Shown here: positions 10,424 through 18,826 of the stretch, piece by piece
Position numbering within the stretch: the stretch's first letter is position 1
Layout of the letters: every line of letters begins with the position of its first letter
NCBI GenBank assembly: GCA_000002435.2
Contig: CM018791.1
Source: Giardia intestinalis
Taxonomy: Eukaryota
Reading direction: 5' to 3' (one strand)
Length of the DNA stretch: 64,000 nucleotides
Made by a program: the position numbers and the translations under genes
Notes under the pieces: model-generated
Databases searched by the model: none
Seen by the model: only the letters and a program-made list of their open reading frames with translations
What the model was told of the DNA's origin: nothing

Positions 10424-11296
10424 CTACTGTCCAGCGCCTCCCACTGGCTCCTCATTGGGAGTAATGGACCAGATGTTGGCTCCTGGCTCAACTATGATTA
10501 GGGGGATGCATGCTAATTGGCCGTTAATATCGAGGGAGAGCGGGACTGACTGTAGATTGAGTAGCTTAATGTACGGTTGCTGTTGGGCAATGCTCTGGAA
10601 TGCAAGAGGACTAAAGGTAACGGGTTCATCTGGAATATCGTTATTCAGTCCACTTTCTGCCTTGACGTCAATCTGAGAGAAAGAGGCTGCTTCTGGAGAA
10701 TACTTGTGAGTACTTGACTGGGACAACTTTCTATGGTCTAAGGGGGCTGGTTGAGGACCGGAAGCATACCCGGGTATGTGAAGGACGGTCGAGGAAGATA
10801 GCCCTGCACGCTCTGTTTCAGGAGGCCTTCTCCGCCTTGTCGGACGCTGAATATTGCACTCAGTAAGGACGGCCCGTATGCAACGACTGTTAAGCATATT
10901 GTAGTACGTCATCCGTAGCTCTTGACGCGAGTACTTCTTTCCAAACTTCTCATGAATTGCTTGGTAAAGCCGCTCGTCTGGAACTTGCTGGCAGCGGATC
11001 CAATTGATGATAATCTTGCGAATCTCTCCACGGTCTTCGTTAGTCATCTTTATAGTTAGGATGTGGCGCAGGTGCGTTTCATAGTACCAACGAGAAACCT
11101 TCTTCTCGTCCACGCCAACCTCGTTAGAGATCCAATGCCAGTCCACGGATGTTTTGAGCATGTACGAGTGGAGCAGACACGGGTTTGCAAGAAGGTCCTC
11201 CACCGTCTCCTCTGGATGGATTGCGTTTATGATCTCTGTGGCAAGCCAGCGCAGCACCTTTGACTGATTTTCCACGGTCAGGCAGGGCCTCACCAT
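10424..11296 (-). CDS. Right-arm copy of the 290-aa Myb/SANT-like protein, identical to 1193..2065.
   Basis: Identical 290-aa translation in the ORF track. It lies within the inverted-repeat arm. Confidence 0.6.
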   Translation of the reverse strand: MVRPCLTVENQSKVLRWLATEIINAIHPEETVEDLLANPCLLHSYMLKTSVDWHWISNEVGVDEKKVSRWYYETHLRHILTIKMTNEDRGEIRKIIINWIRCQQVPDERLYQAIHEKFGKKYSRQELRMTYYNMLNSRCIRAVLTECNIQRPTRRRRPPETERAGLSSSTVLHIPGYASGPQPAPLDHRKLSQSSTHKYSPEAASFSQIDVKAESGLNNDIPDEPVTFSPLAFQSIAQQQPYIKLLNLQSVPLSLDINGQLACIPLIIVEPGANIWSITPNEEPVGGAGQ

Positions 11297-12039
11297 ATTG
11301 TCGTGGATACTAACTTTTTAATTAAGCGAGTTAATTCAATACGGAATTCTACCGGATGGTTACCCGCCGTGTGAATCAACCCGAGAGATTTACTTGCGAG
11401 AACTCTCTTCACGGCCGTGAATGGCGGTCTCTAAGTTCCAGGCGGGGCGGGCCGACCAGGAGCTCATCCATTTCTCGGCGGTGGGCAGTACACCCCCTCC
11501 GGCGCACCTGCCCGTGCCAGAAGGCGTGCACAGAATGATCGGAGATGCAGCTGCGCTGTGGTTGTTGCATCCAGAGTGCAGACATGGAGGTAGTATATGC
11601 CTGCCAAGACAGCACACGACTTCCCTACAGCTCCTTGGCGTGTCGGCGCGTGAAGACAGAGGGCCAGCCAGGGTGAATGTCGTGGCCGGCCAGCTGCACA
11701 TCAGCTTTAGCTCACGGCCCAGAGAGCATTCAGTCGCCTGTTACCGGACGGGCCTGTCTGGTAGATCGTTGGCCCAGACCGCGGTGTTCGAGTCGTCTGG
11801 GCACATGGGAGAGCCCTGCCTTCGTCTGCTGTGTGTGGTCTCTTCAACGATGCGCAGAATGTGGGTTGCGCGACATCCAGACCGTCGCAGCCTGCGTCTG
11901 GTGGGCCCTGCGCTGTGCCGTGGTTGAGCATGCTACACGCTCTAGACATGACGGTCTCGTCACTGACCAGGCTCCGGCCATTAGCTGCTCCTACCGACCA
12001 CTCTTCGCCAACCACCAAGCAAGCCGGGGTCTCCAGTCC

Positions 12040-12849
12040 TCAACCCTTACTGGGGCTCGCATCAGCGCACCCAGGCACGCCTCCGTAGCCCGCAGGGGGG
12101 AAGCATGGCACGCATGCGAATGCAACGGGCGACCCGAGGAGACCCTGGCCCGTCTGGAGCGGGAGGACGCCAGGCCCAGGAACGACCCCGGGCGGGAGGG
12201 CGAGGACGAGGCACCCCGGCGCGTGCGGGGGCAGAAGCGCAGAGACCGCGCCCGGGGCCACAAAGACCGGCCCCCCGACGGGCGGCACCAGCGGAGGCGC
12301 GGCGCAACCAAGAACGCAGGGGGGCGGGGGAGAGGCCGCCACAGGAGATGCCCCCTCCTCCTGCTTGGCCGCCCTCGGGCCGTATGTGCGGCGCGGCAGC
12401 ACCACCCCGTGCTCCTCCAGGGCGGCGCGGACGTCCTGGGTGCGGAGCGCGTTGTTGTACGTCATCCGCAGCTCCTGGCGCGGATACTTCGCCCCGAAGC
12501 GCTCGTGGACCCTGCGGTAGAAGTCCGGGCCCAGGATGCTCCGGTCCCTGACCCCGGCGATGATCATCGCCTTGATGGCCCTGCGGTCCTCGCCAGTCAT
12601 CTTCACGTTGAGGATGCTCCGCGAGTGCGTCTCGCGGTACCAGTGGTAGATCCTGCTCCGGTCCTCGGACAGGGCGCGGGCGATCTTCTTCCAGTCGATG
12701 GCCGTCCGGAGCACGTGCCGGTGGAGGAGCAGCGGCCGCCGCGCGAGGCTCTCGGCCGTCTCCCCCAGCCGCCGGGCAGCGACGACCTGCTTCGCGAGCT
12801 CGAGCAGAACGGAGGCGCGCGTCTCCGCCGTCATTGCCCCAGAGCCCAT
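12040..12849 (-). CDS. Diverged, GC-rich paralog (269 aa) of the 290-aa Myb/SANT-like protein found in the inverted-repeat arms.
   Basis: ATG confirmed (cat at 12847..12849 on the plus strand). The stretch ...LLHRHVLRTAIDWKKIARALSEDRSRIYHWYRETHSRSILNVKMTGEDRRAIKAMIIAGV...FYRRVHERFGAKYPRQELRMTYNNALR... aligns collinearly with LLHSYMLKTSVDWHWISNEVGVDEKKVSRWYYETHLRHILTIKMTNEDRGEIRKIIINWI...LYQAIHEKFGKKYSRQELRMTYYNMLN of the 290-aa protein. The C-terminal tail is Pro/Ala/Gly-rich and unrelated. Confidence 0.6.
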   Translation of the reverse strand: MGSGAMTAETRASVLLELAKQVVAARRLGETAESLARRPLLLHRHVLRTAIDWKKIARALSEDRSRIYHWYRETHSRSILNVKMTGEDRRAIKAMIIAGVRDRSILGPDFYRRVHERFGAKYPRQELRMTYNNALRTQDVRAALEEHGVVLPRRTYGPRAAKQEEGASPVAASPPPPCVLGCAAPPLVPPVGGPVFVAPGAVSALLPPHAPGCLVLALPPGVVPGPGVLPLQTGQGLLGSPVAFACVPCFPPAGYGGVPGCADASPSKG

Positions 12850-14260
12850 CCGATAGAAGCAGCGATAAAACTAAAAACAGACCAACGAATAATGTGAAAT
12901 TAAATATGTACAGGCCTTGCACAAAAGTTTTAGCGGGTGTTTGTTGCCTGCCTGCCCCGGTCCGTCGGGCGAGCAGGGCGCCCTCACCCGGGCCATCGCC
13001 GCAGTACGAGCTGGCTTAGGCCGCCACACAGAACAGACCGCTTTGCACACGGCGGCGTCGGGGTTGATGTATTGATCGGAGTTTTTTGGTATTGCCGGGA
13101 ACCCCCGCCCTCGGCCACCAGGGAGAGCCGCACTCTGCGCAGCCCCGGTTTGTCTGCATATGCCCAGAGCTCTGCGGAGGCGGGCAGGCTGGGACCGTCC
13201 TCCTCGTTCGGGGCATCGCCGACGACGAGCTGTTGCCTGCGGCCCGCGGGGTCTTCCGCTCTGAGAGGGGCCACCGAGTGTCGTGGGCCGCAGCGCTCTG
13301 CAAGGCCTGCACACGACCAGAGGCTGCCAAGTTTTTTGAGCAACTGGCTCTGGCGCGGATTCTGCGGACACCTGCTGCCGGCCCAGTCTACAGGGGCGCC
13401 CGCGTGTCTACTGTGGCCTGGCGTGCGTTTCTGCGCGTCCTCCTGCGGCGGCTCCCCTCGTGGCGCAGGAAGCCCTGCCTGTCCTCTCCCACCGGGTTCT
13501 CCCGACGTGCTCTCCACCGCACCCAGCCGAGGTTCCAGCGGACAAAGGAGCGGCATGACCCAATCAGTCGCCAGATTACATTGTGCTCTGGAGCTGCGAA
13601 TCTTGCTGGCATCTCATGCGACAGTGGCTCTGGGTGTGCCCGCTCAGCAGCAGCTACCTCATCCACAGAGTGCTGATGCAGATATTATGCGCTACGTATC
13701 AGTGACCACAAGGGCACCGATAGACAGGGTCTCAGCCTCAGTGCACAGCCAAGGTTGCCAAGCATAGCGAGGCTTACATACTGAGCATGGGTCCGTGCCC
13801 CGCGTGGTCTTCTTAAGAACTAGTGCATGAGTGCTCGTGAGACGACGCCCCATATGAGGCGGGCTATCCGTTGTACGCGAAGCACAGCACAGCAGAAGTG
13901 GGTGATGCAGGGACCAGAGGGGGTGCTTCAGCACATCAGTCGTCGGCCCCTCTGCCTTCTGTCGCGCCTGATGGACTCTCCTCTATTATCGCAACTCGGT
14001 CGCGGTTGTCTGAGGAGAGGACTAGGTACTCAGCAGACAATGGAATCGCGTGGCCTGGACGCGATTTCGTGATGGCCAACATGGGTTATCAGGCTGGCTG
14101 TGGTCTGGATATGTGGTACAGCTTCCTTCACTCAAGCAGGTACGTAGCATTTTCACTGGTGTATATTGCACAGCCCCTTGGCACCTGTACCCGAGGCCAA
14201 CACCGCACCAGCTTTCTGATCGCTAGGACTGCCCGGGTGCGGACAAGGTGCTTCGTTCAC

Positions 14261-14998
14261 TTAGAAGTATATCTCGGCACGACGCCTGCGCTGTCTTATT
14301 GCATTGAGGTGATGGCGGCCGCCGTATTGTGTCTGTAGAAGTAGACGCCTGCGCGCATTGCTATCGTCTATCTTCTGCAGCAGCGATGCGTCGAAGCTCC
14401 CGGTAATGTTCTCTGGCTTGGACACCATCTTGGCGACGCTCTTGACATCCTCTTCTGTTAGGTAGTTGAACCTCCGAGGCTTCTTGTCTGGGCTGTCAGA
14501 CTCAGCCACCGGCTTCTGGGTCTTCTCCACCCCATTGATGAAGCCGCTGCCACGCAAAAGAGTCACGGGATAGACAAGGCCGCGCAGTATCTCAAAGACC
14601 GTCCCGGCGCCCAGCGTGTTTATGGCTGTCTGGAGCAGGCGGAGGCAGCGCAGGAGCATCACGTTATTTTCGTAGAAGGAGCAGCCGCCGCGAACCCTAT
14701 CGACATTCTCAGTGGACCCGGTCTGCAGGATATTGATCAGCTCTATGACGACGGCCTCCAGGATGCGGCCCTTGATGTTGCTGATGCCCTCAATGCACTC
14801 CTCATAAAGGCCCGAAAGGACCCCAGGCATCGCCACAAAGCGGCGCATCACCTGCTCCAGGATGGTCTGGATGTACTTGCAGGTCTGGGGGTAGCGCTGC
14901 GACGTCCTGCCGGGGTCAGCAAGAGATCGGTGCGTGGCGCTTTTATTAAGACCGGAGATGGCAGACGTAGAGCGGGTGTCTTTGAAATAACAAATCAC
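14261..14998 (-). CDS. Hypothetical alpha-helical protein, 245 aa as drawn. The start is uncertain.
   Basis: Long ORF in a gene-dense context. The codon at 14996..14998 is GTG rather than ATG. The first in-frame ATG is M51, at about 14848. The 69-aa ORF 14946..15155(-) in another frame has a proper ATG and abuts this ORF. That pattern could mean a frameshift or that the true start is internal. Confidence 0.4.
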   Translation of the reverse strand: MICYFKDTRSTSAISGLNKSATHRSLADPGRTSQRYPQTCKYIQTILEQVMRRFVAMPGVLSGLYEECIEGISNIKGRILEAVVIELINILQTGSTENVDRVRGGCSFYENNVMLLRCLRLLQTAINTLGAGTVFEILRGLVYPVTLLRGSGFINGVEKTQKPVAESDSPDKKPRRFNYLTEEDVKSVAKMVSKPENITGSFDASLLQKIDDSNARRRLLLQTQYGGRHHLNAIRQRRRRAEIYF

Positions 14999-15710
14999 GT
15001 TGTAATTCTCCAGGATGATGGGCTACGTGCAGACAGGAGTCTATAGTAATTGTGCTAGGTCTATGTATTATGTACTTCACACTGATTGATAACAAAGATA
15101 ACGAGGAGAATTTTGATTGAAACCAGAAACTGGCTGCAATGATAGCAGTGCCCATTTTTCATCGGTAAAGGTCTAAAAGTCTTTGCTTCACCTCTATTTT
15201 ACTTAAGCGGATAATAAAAATGATATTCAACAATTATTTTGAAAATAAAGTTGCTAGTGTAGAAAAGATACATGCGTCTCTGGTTAAGACTGAAAATGTG
15301 TATGCGTGAGGTTGTTGTGCTAAGAGGAACTTTTTTGCGTTCTAAATGCTGGGACAAGTAGCTACCGACACAATATTTTTATACTCGTTAAGCATAGTAT
15401 TGCAAGTGCCAGCGACTCATCTGTTATAATAGTGCTATTTGAACAAGAATGCTAGCAAGATAATGCACACACTGCGGTATCTAAATAGTGTCCTAGTCTC
15501 TACACAGGTATGCCTGACGTTAAAAGTATGAAGATTGGAGGCGTATCTACGACAGTAAGAGTAAATGACATGGTAGGGCTCAACTATACAATGAGAAAGA
15601 TCATCTACGGTGTTGAGCCATGAGGCCAAACTCAGAACACGGAAATAAGTCCGTGTAGTAATTTGAATAGTTTCAAAATTCAAAACTCAGTTCTTGATAA
15701 TCTCCAGTCA

Positions 15711-18700
15711 ATGAGCTCTAAAACAGAGATCCCAATAATTACCGACGAGGGGGACTTTAGCGCTGAGTATGAAACGTTTTGTCAGGCAATGAACGGAGTT
15801 GCCGATGGAACATTCATCTGTGTGAGCGTTTTTGGACCACAGTCTTCCGGAAAGTCAACCCTTCTCAATGACCTTTTTGGGACTAGCTTCAAGACAATGG
15901 ACTTATCAGCGGGGCGAACTCAAACCACGAAAGGAATCATGGCACGTGCAGTAGACTTCCAAACGAAAGTCGCCCCTCGGGTTCTTATTCTAGATTGTGA
16001 AGGCTCAGATAGCCGCGAACGTAACCAGCAAGAGGCACAGAACATTGAAAGACACATAGGATGCTTTGCAGCTGCAGTGAGTGATCTGCTGATAATAAAT
16101 GTGTGGAACCACGATATAGGGCGCCACTCCGCTGCAAATTATAACATACTCTCTACCATCTTTGACATCTACTTTAGGTCCTTGCTTAAGGCACGTAGAA
16201 AATCAGGCAATCATAGGCCCTTAATTTTACTAATTGCAATCCGAGACGCCGAAGAGGACGGGGCAGAACTGACGCAAAGGACATTCGAGTCTGATGTTCA
16301 CCATATCTATGAGCAATCCGTTCCTAAGCAGTACCATGGCTCTTTCAGAGACTACTTCTGCCTGCGATTTTGGTTTATTCCTCACCGAAGATATATGAAA
16401 TCGTTGTACGATGAAAAGATTACGCAGCTAAAAACAGATATCAAGGAAATCTTCGATTCCTTACTCGGTGCTGAGACAGCAACCACTCTAATACCCCTTA
16501 CGGATTCGTCTATATACTATAACAACATCTGGGACATCGTTCGGACTGACAAAGACTTGGATATCCCAAGTCAGAGGGAGATAGTATCTAACATAAGATG
16601 CGAAGAATTCTATTTGGAGGCTATAGAGCAGTTTTCCTCGCAAGTCGGCAAAGTATTTGCAGATGTCACGGCAGCAATTCAGGTTTCCTTGGGTCAGCAA
16701 AGCTCAACCTTTTTGGAGCAGAGCCCGGACGCCGTTAAAGATTATCCTATAACAAAACTACATAACGCTTGCAATTCTTTCAAGCTAACAAAGGTTCTGA
16801 TGGATCTTTCACAAGAATGTGTCGCCTTGTATCGCAGAAAGACACGGCACTACATTCCCAAGGTGGTTACTCAATGGGCTACTAAGCTCAATGACGATGT
16901 TTTGGCCGGATTGAAGAAAGTGGCTCACAGCTTTGCAAAGGGCATCCGAGAGTCTACCTGCCAGGCACTAGGTGCTGTCACGGCTCCGTTTCGGGTACAG
17001 ATTACACAGTGGCTCGAGCGACACGAGTATAGCGATGACTACGCGTCCAATACTAATACGGTAGATATACTTGTACCAGATCTTATAAGCGACTTGACAT
17101 TCCCACAGAAGCGACTCACCGATCTTATGGGTTTGCTTGGTGCTGCGACAAGGGTGTTTCATAAGTGCATTTCTGTCAATTGGGCCCATGAGTATTCAGG
17201 TCTTTGTGATACCGGAATCCTCGTTAACCTACCACCAAATGATGTAGGGCCTAATTCTAATGTACGCATCGGTGACAACGCTATAGAAACGAATGCAGGC
17301 TCATCTGTCAGGTTGTCTGTCGGTTATGAGGCATCAGAGCCCATGGTGGACGCCCATATCGATGATTCTGGAGCCTTTTTCTCAGATATTAGGCAAACTG
17401 GAGTGTATTCGCCTCATCTTTATGCATTTCTGGAGAGTCTTTCGCTATCTACCTACGGGAAGGCGTTGTCGCTGCAGAAGTTGCCTGCCGCTCCTCCTGA
17501 TGTTGCCAACGCTTATGATGCTGTTTGCCTACTCCATACCATTATACTACTGTGGTACTGTGAAACAATGATGCCACTGAGTCTTATATATGACATCACA
17601 CCAGAGATAGACCACGTTATCCCAGAGTCCAATGCTCTCTTCTGCGAGACAATGGGCAGCATTTTGGCCGCCGTTGCGGAGGCTGTTTCCAGCCAGACAC
17701 GTACCATTACGGCGTCGATGACTCAAGCGACTGCACGCCTAATGGATGACAAACTCTACGTGACACTCGGATCTCTCCGAGGTGTTATTTATGAGTCAGC
17801 AAGAAAAACCCTTGAGCGCTCTTTCTTTTCGCTGCTCTCATCCGCCTTTGTCGCCCCCGATCACCAAGGACTGCTCTACTTGCAAACACGCCTCTCCAGC
17901 CCCTCAATTTACTTTGATCTTCACTTTGATTCCAGCTCCAGATCCAGCCCTACAGACTCTATTCTACCAGATACACAGAATCCTGTATATAAGCAGTATA
18001 CAGATATATATTTATTTTCGACGTTACCAGCTCTTCTCTCGCCGCTTCCACGAGCGTATAATACAGTAGGAACTCGTCTCTCGTCAGGGTCTAGCTCAAT
18101 CCAGTCGCTACTTCCTCGCTACAGAGCTGTCCCCATTGTAGCTGCTCTTGATATGTCTGCCTTTTACATTCCACAAGCAGCTTTGTCCTCGTTCATGGAT
18201 AGAGTTGACGCAGAGATAATAGAGTTAATTAATAAAAGTCTCGGGGAATTCTTCTCTAAGAGTTTTCCTCTAGTCCTGCAAAACAAGATACATACTAAGC
18301 TAGTATATGACGATCAAGGAGCACAGCGTTCTTACATTTCGGAGAATTCTATATTGACAGAGTTTCTTTCAGAGAAGAAAGGTCTCATATCTATGGCGCA
18401 GTTGTTTGAGGGAGGGACTCTTATAACAGAGAACCTGCATTCTGTGACAATAAAACCTACTTCGCAAGAAAAGATTGATGCTATGCTTCGGTGTGCTGAA
18501 GCAGAGTGGGATAAGACGTATCAAGAAGCCTTGGAAATATATCGTACCAACAAGCACAAGGATAAATATAAGTGGGTATGGTTAGGCCTGTGCGTTTTCC
18601 TTATGCTTACTCGCAAGTGGGTATATGCAGTTTTGCTAAGCAAGTACTGTCTCTGCATCACAATATTACTTCTTTCTGTTGGTCTTTTCGTTTATCAGCG

Positions 18701-18818
18701 AACGACTCCTGACGAGCGCAACGCGTCTTTTTCCATTGTAGCCACTAGCATTAGAGAGAGAGACGTTGGACAGTTTTGGGACGCTACTAAACGTTTGGCT
18801 CAAAAGGTCATCCATTGA
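15711..18818 (+). CDS. SEY1: Sey1/RHD3-type (atlastin-like) dynamin-superfamily GTPase of the ER, with two C-terminal transmembrane segments.
   Basis: It contains VSVFGPQSSGKSTLLNDLFGTSF...GRTQTTKGI and LILDCEGSDSRER, matching the RHD3/Sey1 G1-G3 region. The C-terminus has hydrophobic WVWLGLCVFLMLT...ITILLLSVGLFVY segments. The track ORF starts at TTG 15663, and the first ATG is M17 at 15711. Confidence 0.8.
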   Translation: MSSKTEIPIITDEGDFSAEYETFCQAMNGVADGTFICVSVFGPQSSGKSTLLNDLFGTSFKTMDLSAGRTQTTKGIMARAVDFQTKVAPRVLILDCEGSDSRERNQQEAQNIERHIGCFAAAVSDLLIINVWNHDIGRHSAANYNILSTIFDIYFRSLLKARRKSGNHRPLILLIAIRDAEEDGAELTQRTFESDVHHIYEQSVPKQYHGSFRDYFCLRFWFIPHRRYMKSLYDEKITQLKTDIKEIFDSLLGAETATTLIPLTDSSIYYNNIWDIVRTDKDLDIPSQREIVSNIRCEEFYLEAIEQFSSQVGKVFADVTAAIQVSLGQQSSTFLEQSPDAVKDYPITKLHNACNSFKLTKVLMDLSQECVALYRRKTRHYIPKVVTQWATKLNDDVLAGLKKVAHSFAKGIRESTCQALGAVTAPFRVQITQWLERHEYSDDYASNTNTVDILVPDLISDLTFPQKRLTDLMGLLGAATRVFHKCISVNWAHEYSGLCDTGILVNLPPNDVGPNSNVRIGDNAIETNAGSSVRLSVGYEASEPMVDAHIDDSGAFFSDIRQTGVYSPHLYAFLESLSLSTYGKALSLQKLPAAPPDVANAYDAVCLLHTIILLWYCETMMPLSLIYDITPEIDHVIPESNALFCETMGSILAAVAEAVSSQTRTITASMTQATARLMDDKLYVTLGSLRGVIYESARKTLERSFFSLLSSAFVAPDHQGLLYLQTRLSSPSIYFDLHFDSSSRSSPTDSILPDTQNPVYKQYTDIYLFSTLPALLSPLPRAYNTVGTRLSSGSSSIQSLLPRYRAVPIVAALDMSAFYIPQAALSSFMDRVDAEIIELINKSLGEFFSKSFPLVLQNKIHTKLVYDDQGAQRSYISENSILTEFLSEKKGLISMAQLFEGGTLITENLHSVTIKPTSQEKIDAMLRCAEAEWDKTYQEALEIYRTNKHKDKYKWVWLGLCVFLMLTRKWVYAVLLSKYCLCITILLLSVGLFVYQRTTPDERNASFSIVATSIRERDVGQFWDATKRLAQKVIH

Positions 18819-18826
18819 GCCATTGA

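Larger units (their letters stand above)
7763..11603. repeat. Right arm of the inverted repeat. It begins inside the last 14 codons of the VSP gene and includes its stop codon and poly(A) signal.
   Basis: Perfect identity with the reverse complement of the left arm starts at ggcttcctctgctggtggttcctgtgcagggggaaggcgtag, which encodes GFLCWWFLCRGKA and the stop. The arm runs to ...ggtagtatatgcctg at about 11603, where it meets unique GC-rich sequence. Confidence 0.85.

Noticed and set aside
886-11603. The possibility that the palindrome is a long-read fold-back or chimeric assembly artefact.
   Set aside because: It is not dismissed entirely, but judged unlikely. There is a 3-kb asymmetric unique core. 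The left inner end carries a diverged VSP remnant rather than a mirror of the VSP body. The arms differ at one or more positions. The outer flanks are unrelated (AT-rich versus GC-rich). Artefactual hairpins are normally perfect with near-zero spacers. It still needs long-read confirmation.
11677-12922. 406-aa plus-strand ORF and 286-aa minus-strand ORF overlapping the 269-aa gene.
   Set aside because: They are GC-rich, stop-poor frames. Their translations are Arg/Gly/Pro-rich low-complexity sequence. Only the 12040..12849(-) frame has homology to the arm protein.
13871-14338. 155-aa plus-strand ORF overlapping the 3' end of the 245-aa minus-strand gene.
   Set aside because: It lies antisense to or overlapping a better-supported ORF, and no motif was recognised. 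It is likely spurious.
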